A DNA stretch of 64,000 nucleotides from Octopus sinensis. Taxonomy: Eukaryota. How positions within the stretch are numbered: position 1 is the stretch's first letter; each line of letters starts with the position of its first letter. The stretch is from positions 40,920,001-40,984,000 of the forward strand of contig NC_043006.1 in NCBI RefSeq assembly GCF_006345805.1. Reading direction: 5' to 3'. The translations under genes were made by a program, and so were the position numbers. The notes beneath the pieces are model-generated. The model did no database searches, was not told the DNA's origin, and saw only the letters and a program-made list of their open reading frames with translations. This document shows, piece by piece, positions 37,527 to 49,670 of the stretch.

Positions 37527-38219
37527 TATATATATGTGTGTGGTGTGTGTGTGTGTGTGTGTGTATATATCTTTGTATGTATGTAGAGTTTGTTTCTCAC
37601 ACATATGACAATAGGTGTTAGTTTGTTTACGTCTCTGTAATATAGCGGTTTGGTACAGAGAGACTGATAGGATAAGCACCAATCTTAAAAATAATTTTTG
37701 ATCTGCTAAACTCTTCAAGACGGTTCCTCACGGTGGTCGCAGTCTAATGACCGAAACATGTAAAGGAATAAAAATATATACGGCGCATGTATACCAGTAG
37801 GCCTCAAACAGTACCCTGCAAAAGAGTATTGAAGTACAGAGTATTGAATGCACGTCGTGGATTTTGAAATATGTAATTTAAGGTTCAAGAGACGGCAAAA
37901 TTAAAACCCGTTATATGCAACAGAAGCAGTATTAGATTGGTCGCCACTTGCAGCACCGATTCTTTTTCACTGTTTTTGTATATATCTGTATTGACAGCAT
38001 TCTTGTAACTATGCTGGCTGCGATATTACGCTATTGATTATGCCTATCAATGGAGAAATTCATCTAACGTACTGGGCAGCCCTGTATGCACTCATACAGG
38101 ACGACCCTGTTTGAAATTGTGTAAATTCTAATGAAAATGAAAGTCTTGTTTAGACCAGTTCTTTCATTTTCATTGGAATTTATTCAACATTGGTGAGAAA
38201 TTGGAAAAATAAAACCGAG

Positions 38220-38640
38220 AACAAACATATACATACATACATTCATACATGCATATATACAAACATACATGCATGCATACATACATGCATGCAATTATAT
38301 ATACAAAGATACATAAATGCATATATATATACATACATGTAGCCATACAAATAAAAGTATGCAAACATACACACATGCAAGCATAAATGCAAAGTACTTA
38401 CATGCACATATGCATAGATACAAACATACATATGCCTAGAAAGATGATGCGTGCATACATTCAAGCATACATACATACATAGACGTATGCATACATACAT
38501 ACATGCATACATACATACATGCATGCGTACATACATACATACATACATACATACATACATACATACATACATACATGCATACATACTTACACACATATTT
38601 ACATAGTAAAACCAACATTAATACATATATACATTTATGA
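38220..38640. repeat. (TACA)n degenerate microsatellite
   Basis: Direct inspection. Confidence 0.9.
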
Positions 38641-39234
38641 AAACGCACACAAACATTTGTCATATTTGCACCTGTCTCATATATATTACATGGAGATTAA
38701 GTAAAGGGCCCAAGACAGGCTTATTAGAAGCACATCACTACACACTCGAAGGACCAAAATCTTTGCTGGATTTAACTACAATTACAAGCAATGACTGTAA
38801 TCTTAAACAACAAATGCATACCTTGTCGTTCTGACGCCAAAACCATGGTGAAGAATAAAATCAAAACACAGAATGTTGATCTTAATTTGGAATTCATGTT
38901 TATCAGAGAAACAAAGCAATATTTCTTTAATACGAAGTTGCAATCTTGAGAAGTTACTATTACAAAGATGAAGATTCAGCCGTTGTCGTACGTCGAATGG
39001 ATGTCTAGTGTAAAGAAATTTTAGTTTGAGATTTAAACCACCTGTTTTTTTCTGGTATTAATTAATTTATTTATTTAATGTTTTCATTTTATGTTTCGTT
39101 TGTTTGTTTTTTTTTGTTGTTGTTGTTGTGTTGTTTTTGTTTAGTGATTGCTGGATTCATAGATTAAGCTTGTTTTTTTTTTACCTGTTTGTTCCTTTTA
39201 ATGTTATCTTTGTTGATTTCTGATAATGATAGTT

Positions 39235-39324
39235 ACGATAATGATGATGATGATGATGATGATGATGGTGATAAGAACAAGGGCAAATGCTGCAGCTACT
39301 ACTACCACCACCACCACCACCACC

Positions 39325-39383
<59 letters not shown>

Positions 39384-39509
39384 AATTATCAATGATAATA
39401 ATTACTGAAGAACATAAATGAAACAACGTATTCTGCTAAATTTCATCTCTACAACCTAACCAAAATGTCCTGCATACATGTGTTTTGTCTCTCACATCAA
39501 CACACACAT

Positions 39510-39605
<96 letters not shown>
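39235..39605. repeat. Compound (TGA)n/(CAC)n/(TAC)n and (CA)n microsatellites
   Basis: Direct inspection. Confidence 0.9.
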
Positions 39606-40029
39606 CACGTATGTATGTAAGCTTTTGTTTGTATATACATACAAATGAGGAGTAAATATTCAGAAGTGAACATTTATATAGATATTATTATTGTTATTAT
39701 TATCTGCTATAAATATAAATAGTTGATATATTTCTTCATTGCTCACAAGGGGCTACACATAGAGGGAACAGACAAAGGGATTAAGTCGATTACTTTCTTT
39801 TCTAGTCAGCACCGTGCATTCCTTTATCCAAATACGACAACTTTAACACGAAATAACTTCTAAAATACGAAATTTTGTCAAAGTTCAGAGTAAACCGTGT
39901 TCCACGTGAGAAATTCTACCAGTATTCCAAGTTTCAAACTGTTTAATTAAAAAAAAACGAATAATTAAAAAATCTGTGATTTAGATACCGCTATTAGTAT
40001 TTTAATGACTTCTACGTCTGTAGTGTTGT

Positions 40030-40416
40030 GGATGGAAGCACTCCGTCGGTTACGACGACGAGGGTTCCGGTTGATCCGAATCAACGGAACAGCCTGCTCG
40101 TGAAATTAACGTGTAAGTGGCTGAGCACTCCACAGACACGTGTACCCTTAACGTAGTTCTCGGGGATATTCAGCGTGACACAGAGAGTGACAAGGCCGGC
40201 CCTTTGAAATACAGGTACAACAGAAACAGGAAGTAAGAGTGAGAGAAAGTTGTGGTAAAAGAGTACAGCAGGGATCACCACCATCCCCCGCCGGAGCCTC
40301 GTGGAGCTTTAGGTGTTTTCGCTCAATAAACACTCACAACGCCCGGTCTGGGAATCGAAACCGCGTTCCTATGACCGCGAGTCCACTGCCCTAACCACAG
40401 GGCCATTGCGCCTCCA
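40030..40416 (-). mobile_element. SINE family B, full length with 12-bp TSD
   Basis: Minus-strand tRNA-like head GGAGGCGCAATGGCCCTGTGGTTAGGGCAG...GGTTTCGATTCCC; TSD CTGTAGTGTTGT at 40018-40029 and 40417-40428. Confidence 0.92.
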
Positions 40417-40754
40417 CTGTAGTGTTGTATAGTAGATGTGAAAAACTATTTCCTCTTGAACGACAATAACGACAAAGACGGCACCATTAAAAAATAAGTT
40501 TTTGTTTTGACAAATATTCTTTTGTGTTCTGTTTTTGTGCCGTAGAATGAGTGAAAAAAAAAAAGATTTTGATCAGACCGTTATGATTCCGGTTAGCTAA
40601 GAAACAAGGCAGAGCAATAAAATAATAATAATAATAGAAAAAAAAAACAGACTTCTAAAATGGGAAACAAAGTATAAACCCACGGAGTTTTGAAAACAAA
40701 AATAACAACAGCAGCAACGACACCATCACCACCAGCAACACTATCACTGTCCCC

Positions 40755-40761
40755 ACTACTA

Positions 40762-40794
<33 letters not shown>

Positions 40795-40932
40795 AAACCA
40801 CACAACAACTACTACCACTACTATACTACTACTACTACTACTACTAATACTATACTATACTACCCACCACCACCAACCACCACCACCACCCCACCACCAC
40901 CACCACCAGCACTACTACTACTACTACTACTA

Positions 40933-40970
<38 letters not shown>
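40755..40970. repeat. (TAC)n/(CAC)n microsatellite
   Basis: Direct inspection. Confidence 0.9.
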
Positions 40971-41713
40971 TGTTTCTGTGATTATTTTTACCTCAAGAGG
41001 ATATCTCTAACTGGTTAACGAAGCACAATTAATTACAAAATAAAATAAATTACAAGGGAAATAACTTGAAATGTAAAAGTCGTAAGAGTAATTGCCCTTG
41101 TCCCATTATTTGGAAAATGTGTTCGTAACGCGTTCGTTTTATATATAAGAACGTTGTAATTTTAACAAACCTAACAGGAACGAGGATTGTATTGCAATAA
41201 ACATTATACACATGTTCCTTAAATTATACTGTTCTGTTATGGAAAAGAGAGATACACTAAACAGTGAGTAAAGTTCAAGAGATAAAAAGAATAGATCTCA
41301 GCTGAATGCTTTTCACTATACGTCTGCTCGGTCAAGGTAAACAAAAAGTGAAAATCGGGGCTTGAATTAGCAAAATTGCTTATTTAACGTCAGGTCAGCT
41401 TGATCGAGGCTGACCTGGGGCTGAATAACAGCAAAAAAAAAAAAACGCTATATCACTCGAGCTAATGAGATAGATTGTATGTGGTCGCTTCCCTTGCTAG
41501 AAATAGTATCCAAAATTTCCTTGGATCAAACGCTGTGGTTTCATGTAAGGTTGATACCAAAATTCAAGGCACTTATATATAGATGCAGACATGACTATAC
41601 CATTAAGAAATTCGCGCATTGCAAACAGGTGGTTTCAAGTTCAGTCCTACACCGCGGCATCTTGGTGCCTTCAACGCAAGCTCTGAGATGGAAACTGTAT
41701 GGAAGCCCGCCAT

Positions 41714-41747
<34 letters not shown>

Positions 41748-41769
41748 TATAATATATATATATATATAA

Positions 41770-42101
41770 ACATATTACAATAAGGTAATAATAAATTATT
41801 ATTACCAGTGACCTACCACAAAAAACGAATTAGTCATTAGACTATATATTATTCATATAGAAATACAATAAGAGGCTTCCAAATAGGAAAGCGTTGTGCT
41901 AGAAAGAGCAGTAGAAATCTCAAAACCACGAAAAAGGATAAAATTCACGAAAGGAATGAAAATTAAAAACGTTTAGCCAGTTGAGATGGTAAACGTTTTT
42001 TAATTTTCATTCCTTTCGTGAATTTATCCTTTTTTGTGGTTTTGAGATTTATACTGCTCTTTCTAGCACAACGCTTTCCTATTTGGAAGCCTCTTATTGT
42101 A
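41770..42101. mobile_element. (TA)n-anchored fold-back insertion (arms ~41864-41976 and ~41990-42101)
   Basis: ~112-bp inverted repeat with a short spacer; TA runs on both sides. Confidence 0.85.
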
Positions 42102-42217
42102 TATATATATATATATACTTCGCTCAGAGATTTATTATTGCTTGTTTACACTTTTTCGATATCAGTAATTTTTTGCAAGGGGAACCCACTTTTCATCGGC
42201 AATCGGTGATTGTCACA

Positions 42218-42254
42218 CGCTGATGACGGGTCAATACCCAGAAACATGAGTCCG
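42218..42254 (+). ncRNA. Hammerhead motif at the tip of a long imperfect hairpin
   Basis: CG-CTGATGA-C-GGGT-CAAT-ACCC-A-GAAA-C-ATGA-G-TC-CG; flanks ~42135-42217 and ~42255-42340 are mutually complementary. Confidence 0.7.
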
Positions 42255-42500
42255 CTTGTATCATGTCAGATTGAAGATGGAAAGGATGGCTTCCCTTTGC
42301 AAATACTCATAGGGCACAGAAAGTGTGTCAATAGCCAGCTGGAGGAGGTGTCCTCCTGGGGATACAAGCTACAGTCGCATCTACCCTTAAGGGTTAGCCA
42401 CATTTAAGTGGCAAATATACTTCACGGTATATATATGTAAATATATATATTGAGAAAAAAGTCGTCAGAATTTTGGAAGAAATTTTTTATTTCTTCACTA

Positions 42501-42540
42501 TTATCAGCGCTTTCGTTCGTTTCTCGAACTTGTCAAATAG
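42501..42540 (-). ncRNA. Hammerhead-like motif with U3-A8 core variant
   Basis: Minus strand CTAT-TTGACAA-GTTCG-AGAAA-CGAAC-GAAA-GCGC-TG-ATAA; G at the cleavage position. Confidence 0.55.
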
Positions 42541-42657
42541 AATTTTGTGAATGTACAAACAGCTTGTTCATTTATATAAAACAGATGCTCTTTTGGGGTT
42601 TTGTGTGGAAGAAGAGAACATTGTTATTATTTTTTGGGGTGAGGTTCCATTGACAAT

Positions 42658-42705
42658 GGAGATAGATAGATAGAAATATAGATAGGTAGATAGATAGATG
42701 GATAG

Positions 42706-42764
<59 letters not shown>

Positions 42765-42765
42765 T
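42658..42765. repeat. (GATA)n microsatellite
   Basis: Direct inspection. Confidence 0.95.
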
Positions 42766-42954
42766 GTTTCTTTATTGCCACACAGGGCTGAACACAGGAG
42801 CCAAAATACAAAATAGAGCATTTCTTTTGGGGAAGAAGAGAAAAAAAGGTGGTGGTGGTGGAGGTAGAAATTCGATCAAAAGGGATCGTGGAAAAAAAGC
42901 CGATCAATAGGGACCATGTATCACAGAAATGTCATAATGTAAAAGGAGAAACAG

Positions 42955-43054
42955 NNNNNNNNNNNNNNNNNNNNNNNNNNNNNNNNNNNNNNNNNNNNNN
43001 NNNNNNNNNNNNNNNNNNNNNNNNNNNNNNNNNNNNNNNNNNNNNNNNNNNNNN
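42955..43054. other. Assembly gap (100 N)
   Basis: Run of exactly 100 N. Confidence 1.
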
Positions 43055-43595
43055 ACTGAAAATGTTTTTGCTTCCTCTTTCCTTCTTTTTTCCTCTTTCT
43101 TTCTTTTCTCCTCTTTTGAGTTATATTTTGAATACAAAATGTACATCACGCCTAACACTATACATACATACATACATACATACATACATACATACGTACG
43201 TACGTACATACATACATACATACATACGTACGTACGTACATACATACATATATATAATGTAGACGAGTAGTATATTCTTGGTCAAGACATATAACCGGTC
43301 AGAAAGTTGGTATTGGTTTCACGTACGTCTACTTTTACACTTGGCAACATGTAGACGATTAAGCAGACCTGCTCTGCTGGTGTGTGTGTTTGTTTCCGCC
43401 AATGTTTGACAACCGATATTCGTTTGTTACATCCTCGTATCATTAGCGGTTCGCCAAAAAAGAACGAGAGAATAAATTATCAGACGTGATAAAAAGAAGT
43501 ACCATCGTTGATTGTTCGAGGAAGCCTTTCAGCGTTGCCGTAGTAAAATGATTGGAACAAGTACAGACAACGATAAAAGATATTTCACAAACACA

Positions 43596-43822
43596 AAGGT
43601 CATAGAGCAGGCGGGGTCCTATATAAACGGGAGTGGACAATGCAAGCTTTCAATAGCAGTGCGAGCAAGGATCCTTATAGCTTCGTTGGTCTGGATCTCT
43701 CTTAAACTCAAGACACGAGATCTATATTACCTGCCTTTATTTCAATCGCCACCTGCTGCAGTTGAGGGATTCCCCGTTCATCGATTAAGAGCATAAAAAA
43801 TATACTTGCTGACCGGAACCAG
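43596..43822. repeat. Unclassified interspersed repeat, copy 1
   Basis: Collinear with 50896-51120 (AAGGTCATAGAGCAGGCGGGG..CTATATAAACGGG...). Confidence 0.85.
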
Positions 43823-44514
43823 AATCATTAGTGCGTCGAAAAAATTTTTTAAATGCTTTGCAGTATTTCTTTGTTCTGAGCTCTTCCAGCTCTTTACGCT
43901 CTGAGTTCAAATCCCGTTGAGGTCAACTTTACCGTTCATGCTTTCGGGTGTCGATGAAATAAATTACCAGAAAGCACAGAGGTTGTTGTAATCGACTTGC
44001 CTCCTTCCATCAAAATTGCCAAAATTATAAAGAATTTCTTCATAAATACATTTATGTCAGAAAATACATTTATGTCAGAAAAATGTGTCTTGCAATTGAA
44101 CTGGTTGGCTTTATTCTAATTTTAGCAACGTATTGTTGTTATTTCGATTGTTGTTGTTTAGTTCTAGGTCAGTCTGATCCAGTTTGTTTGTGTGAACCAT
44201 ATTCGAAAGAATTAGCACCATATTAACTTTTAGCCTTGTTACTTAAGTAATTCACAGGAATGGTCTAGTCCTGATGACGATTTGGTTGAGTCAACAAGAA
44301 AGACGCTATCAGTTCTTGAAAGATATATATCGAGGTGTGTGTATATGCATGGCTGTTCGTGCGTATTTGTTTGATTGTGTGAAACTGTGCGTGTACACAC
44401 ACACACTCACACACATACACACACACATGCACACACACATACACACACGTATATATTTAATGTACATATGTATATATTATGCATGGTTGTTTGTATTTGG
44501 GTATATACGTGTAT

Positions 44515-44676
44515 ATATACAGGTGTGGCTGTGTGGTAAAAAACTTACTCTTCAACCACATAGTTCCAGGTTCAGTCCCACTGCATGGCACATTGGGAAA
44601 GTGTCTTCTACTATAGCCTCGGGCCGATCAAAGCCTTGCGAGTGGATTTGGTAGACACAACTGAAAGAACTGTCGT

Positions 44677-44680
<4 letters not shown>
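44515..44680 (+). mobile_element. SINE family A, 5' half
   Basis: TGGCTGTGTGG A box and GGTTCAGTCCC B box. Confidence 0.8.
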
Positions 44681-44718
<38 letters not shown>

Positions 44719-44719
44719 T

Positions 44720-45570
44720 GATTGATTGATTGATTCTAGTTTCAGCTTATGAGCTGTGGCCATGCTGGGGCACCGCCATTTGATGTTGCTACTTGGTTTC
44801 ACTTCACGAAAGCTTTCTAGCAACTGCCATTTGGTGCATGAGAGAGTTCGATGCAGCTGCCCTCATCTGCCCCTCCTGCCGTGAAGTTGGTTCATCTGGG
44901 ACACCTGACAGGAAGAGATCCAGCTTCATTTTAAAGACATCTGCATCCACCCTATGCAGGTCTCTCAGGTTCTTCGGGAGGATATTGAAGAGCTGTGGGC
45001 CTCGGAAGCCCAGGCTATCACAGAATCTTGTCCTACATCTTGATGGCAAGTTTGGAGTCCTAGGCACCACGCAGTGGCGCCAGTTCTGGCATTTGCGTAA
45101 CTCTCGATGCCAAAGTTCAGGACACGTCCCTCCAGGATCTTCCAGATGTATATTATGGCATATCTTTCCCGCCTACGCTCCAGGGAATATAGTTTTAATC
45201 TCTTGAGTCTTTCCCAGTAGCTTACATTCTGCATAGAGGCTATCCTCTTCGTGTAGCTACGTTGGATCGCCTCGAGCTCTGTGATCACTTGACACTGGAT
45301 GGTGACCATAACTGAGAGCAGTAGTCAAAGTGGCTTAGGACAAGTGTCCTCCAGAGGCCCATCATGGTTTCTTGTTCTCTTGTTCTAAAGGTTCTGAGGA
45401 TCCATCCGGCCAGTCGTCTACATTTCATTGCCAATTTAGCAACATGTACACGAAAGGTCGCGTCATCACTCATGTAAATACCTAGGTCACGCACTGATTG
45501 TGCCTCTGGGATTGCTATTCCTCCGGGTCCAGTGTATTCATCGGGTATTGCATTTAGTTTTGCATGCTGA
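44720..45570 (-). mobile_element. 5'-truncated CR1-like LINE with intact 3' end
   Basis: VRDLGIYMSDDATF..HV..LAGWILRTF..LSHFDYCSQLWSP / LEAIQRSYTKRI..YWERLKRLKLYSLERRRERY; (ATCA)n tail. Confidence 0.92.
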
Positions 45571-45632
45571 TAGTATATAATATATATATTATATATATAC
45601 ATACACACACACACACACACATATATATTATA

Positions 45633-45664
<32 letters not shown>

Positions 45665-45946
45665 ATTTCAACAATTGAGGGTAAAATTAATTAATTAATT
45701 AATCAATTTCACCAAGTATTCAGTATGCAAAGGGACCATTTAAGGCAAATTCAAATTATTACATTATATAAAAGGGCTTAGTAAAATAAATTACTTTGCC
45801 GCATACTGAACTCGTTAGAAATAGCAGCTAAAAAAACTATTTCTAACACTTAAAGAAAACCTCTCTCATATAGTGTTTGCTCAATTCAACTCAAGAAAGT
45901 ATGAGGGTAGAGATTAAAAAAAAAAAAAATCAAATGCAAAGTTATT

Positions 45947-45999
45947 TGAGTACGTACGTTTCAAGATTAGCCAAAATCGACCCTTCTCTCATCAGCTCA
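45947..45999 (-). ncRNA. Type I hammerhead ribozyme, copy 1
   Basis: Minus strand TGAG-CTGATGA-GAGA...TCTT-GAAA-C-GTAC-G-TA-CTCA. Confidence 0.9.
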
Positions 46000-46494
46000 G
46001 ATGCCCTTGTTTGAATTTGAAAACACTGAAAATGGGAGCATACCCTTTCGGCTTGTTATCGCTTCTGAAGATCTGCTCCAAACTAACAGTGCCAACAAAC
46101 TCAAATATGCAAGAGAAAAATTTCTTCTGCTCTCCCCTTTCCACCAGCGTGGGTTAAAATCAGCAAACACTATGCTTTTTTCGGTAAAATCCGAGACAAT
46201 TAAAGAGAGAGATGAATTATAATTTCAACAATTGAGGGTAAAATTAATTAATTAATTAATCAATTTCACCAAGTATTCAGTATGCAAAGGGACCATTTAA
46301 GGCAAATTCAAATTATTACATTATATAAAAGGGCTTAGTAAAATAAATTACTTTGCCGCATACTGAACTCGTTAGAAATAGCAGCTAAAAAAACTATTTC
46401 TAACACTTAAAGAAAACCTCTCATATAGTGTTTGCTCATTCAACTCAAGAAGTATGAGGGTAGAGACATTAAAAAATCAAATGCAAAGGTTATT

Positions 46495-46546
46495 TGAGTA
46501 CGTACGTTTCAAGATAGCCAAAATCGACCCTTCTCTCATCAGCTCA
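46495..46546 (-). ncRNA. Type I hammerhead ribozyme, copy 2
   Basis: Same motif with a 1-nt deletion inside the stem II region. Confidence 0.9.
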
Positions 46547-47046
46547 GAATGCCCTTGTTTGAATTTGAAAACACTGAAAATGGGAGCATACCCTTTCGGC
46601 TTGTTATCGCTTCTGAAGATCTGCTCCAAACTAACAGTGCCAACAAACTCAAATATGCAAGAGAAAAATTTCTGCTCTCCCCCCCCCTTCCACCAGCGTG
46701 GGTTAAAATCAGCAAACACTATGCTTTTTTCGGTAAAATCCGAGACAATTAAGTAGAGAGATGAATTATAATTTCAACAATTGAGGGTAAAATTAATTAA
46801 TTAATTAATCAATTTCACCAAGTATTCAGTATGCAAAGGGACCATTTAAGGCAAATTCAAATTATTACATTATATAAAAGGGCTTAGTAAAATAAATTAC
46901 TTTGCCGCATACTGAACTCGTTAGAAATAGCAGCTAAAAAAACTATTTCTAACACTTAAAGAAAACCTCTCTCATATAGTGTTTGCTCAATTCAACTCAA
47001 GAAAGTATGAGGGTAGAGACATTAAAAAATCAAATGCAAGGTTATT

Positions 47047-47099
47047 TGAGTACGTACGTTTCAAGATTAGCCAAAATCGACCCTTCTCTCATCAGCTCA
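47047..47099 (-). ncRNA. Type I hammerhead ribozyme, copy 3
   Basis: Same motif. Confidence 0.9.
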
Positions 47100-47595
47100 G
47101 AATGCCCTTGTTTGAATTTGAAAACACTGAAAATGGGAGCATACCCTTTCGGCTTGTTATCGCTTCTGAAGATCTGCTCCAAACTAACAGTGCCAACAAA
47201 CTCAAATATGCAAGAGAAAAATTTCTGCTCTCCCCTTTCCACCAGCGTGGGTTAAAATCAGCAAACACTATGCTTTTTTCGGTAAAATCCGAGACAATTA
47301 AGTAGAGAGAGATGAATTATAATTTCAACAATTGAGGGTAAAATTAATTAATTAATTAATCAATTTCACCAAGTATTCAGTATGCAAAGGGACCATTTAA
47401 GGCAAATTCAAATTATTACATTATATAAAAGGGCTTAGTAAAATTTACTTTGCCGCATACTGAACTCGTTAGAAATAGCAGCTAAAAAAACTATTTCTAA
47501 CACTTAAAGAAAACCTCTCTCATATAGTGTTTGCTCAATTCAACTCAAGAAAGTATGAGGGTAGAGACATTAAAAAATCAAATGCAAAGGTTATT

Positions 47596-47648
47596 TGAGT
47601 ACGTACGTTTCAAGATTAGCCAAAATCGACCCTTCTCTCATCAGCTCA
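47596..47648 (-). ncRNA. Type I hammerhead ribozyme, copy 4
   Basis: Same motif. Confidence 0.9.
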
Positions 47649-48145
47649 GAATGCCCTTGTTTGAATTTGAAAACACTGAAAATGGGAGCATACCCTTTCG
47701 GCTTGTTATCGCTTCTGAAGATCTGTTCCAAACTAACAGTGCCACAAACTCAAATATGCAAGAAAAAATTTCTGCTCTCCCCTTTCCACCAGCGTGGGTT
47801 AAAATCAGCAAACACTATGCTTTTTTCGGTAAAATCCGAGACAATTAAGTAGAGAGAGATGAATTATAATTTCAACAATTGAGGGTAAAATTAATTAATT
47901 AATTAATCAATTTCACCAAGTATTCAGTATGCAAAGGGACCATTTAAGGCAAATTCAAATTATTACATTATATAAAAGGGCTTAGTAAAATAAATTACTT
48001 TGCCGCATACTGAACTCGTTAGAAATAGCAGCTAAAAAAACTATTTCTAACACTTAAAGAAAACCTCTCTCATATAGTGTTTGCTCAATTCAACTCAAGA
48101 AAGTATGAGGGTAGAGACATTAAAAAATCAAATGCAAAGGTTATT

Positions 48146-48198
48146 TGAGTACGTACGTTTCAAGATTAGCCAAAATCGACCCTTCTCTCATCAGCTCA
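48146..48198 (-). ncRNA. Type I hammerhead ribozyme, copy 5
   Basis: Same motif. Confidence 0.9.
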
Positions 48199-48695
48199 GA
48201 ATGCCCTTGTTTGAATTTGAAAACACTGAAAATGGGAGCATACCCTTTCGGCTTGTTATCGCTTCTGAAGATCTGTTCCAAACTAACAGTGCCAACAAAC
48301 TCAAATATGCAAGAGAAAATTTCTGCTCTCCCCTTTCCACCAGCGTGGGTTAAAATCAGCAAACACTATGCTTTTTTCGGTAAAATCCGAGACAATTAAG
48401 TAGAGAGAGATGAATTATAATTTCAACAATTGAGGGTAAAATTAATTAATTAATTAATCAATTTCACCAAGTATTCAGTATGCAAAGGGACCATTTAAGG
48501 CAAATTCAAATTATTACATTATATAAAAGGGCTTAGTAAAATAAATTACTTTGCCGCATACTGAACTCGTTAGAAATAGCAGCTAAAAAAACTATTTCTA
48601 ACACTTAAAGAAAACCTCTCTCATATAGTTTTGCTCAATTCAACTCAAGAAAGTATGAGGGTAGAGACATTAAAAAATCAAATGCAAAGGTTATT

Positions 48696-48748
48696 TGAGT
48701 ACGTACGTTTCAAGATTAGCCAAAATCGACCCTTCTCTCATCAGCTCA
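48696..48748 (-). ncRNA. Type I hammerhead ribozyme, copy 6
   Basis: Same motif. Confidence 0.9.
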
Positions 48749-49069
48749 GAATGCCCTTGTTTGAATTTGAAAACACTGAAAATGGGAGCATACCCTTTCG
48801 GCTTGTTATCGCTTCTGAAGATCTGCTCCAAACTAACATGCCAACAAACTCAAATATGCAAGAGAAAAATTTCTGCTCTCTCTCCTTTCCACCAGCGTGG
48901 GTTAAAATCAGCAAACACTATGCTTTTTTCGGTAAAATCCGAGACATTAAGTAGAGAGAATGTTGAGTTTGTTGGCACTGTTAGTTTGGAGCAGATCTTC
49001 AGAAGCGATAACAAGCCGAAGGGTATGCTCTCCCATTTTCAGTGTTTTCAAATTCAAACAAGGGCATTC

Positions 49070-49122
49070 TGAGCTGATGAGAGAAGGGTCGATTTTGGCT
49101 AATCTTGAAACGTACGTACTCA
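49070..49122 (+). ncRNA. Type I hammerhead ribozyme, copy 7 (predicted cleavage after 49118)
   Basis: TGAG CTGATGA GAGA AGGGTCGATTTTGGCTAA TCTT GAAA C GTAC G TA CTCA. Confidence 0.9.
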
Positions 49123-49617
49123 AATAACCTTTGCATTTGATTTTTTAATGTCTCTACCCTCATACTTTCTTGAGTTGAATTGAGCAAACACTATATGAGA
49201 GAGGTTTTCTTTAAGTGTTAGAAATAGTTTTTTAGCTGCTTTTCTAACGAGTTCAGTATGCGGCAAAGTAATTTATTTTACTAAGCCCTTTTATATAATG
49301 TAATAATTTGAATTTGCCTTAAATGGTCCCTTTGCATACTGAATACTTGGTGAAATTGATTAATTAATTAATTAATTTTACCCTCAATTGTTGAAATTAT
49401 AATTCATCTCTCTCTACTTAATTGTCTCGGATTTTACCGAAAAAAGCATAGTGTTTGCTGATTTTAACCCACGCTGGTGGAAAGGGGAGAGCAGAAATTT
49501 TCTCTTGCATATTTGAGTTTGTTGGCACTGTTAGTTTGGAGCAGATCTTCAGAAGCGATAACAAGCCGAAAGGGTATGCTCCCATTTTCAGTGTTTTCAA
49601 ATTCAAACAAGGCATTC

Positions 49618-49670
49618 TGAGCTGATGAGAGAAGGGTCGATTTTGGCTAATCTTGAAACGTACGTACTCA
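49618..49670 (+). ncRNA. Type I hammerhead ribozyme, copy 8
   Basis: Same motif. Confidence 0.9.
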
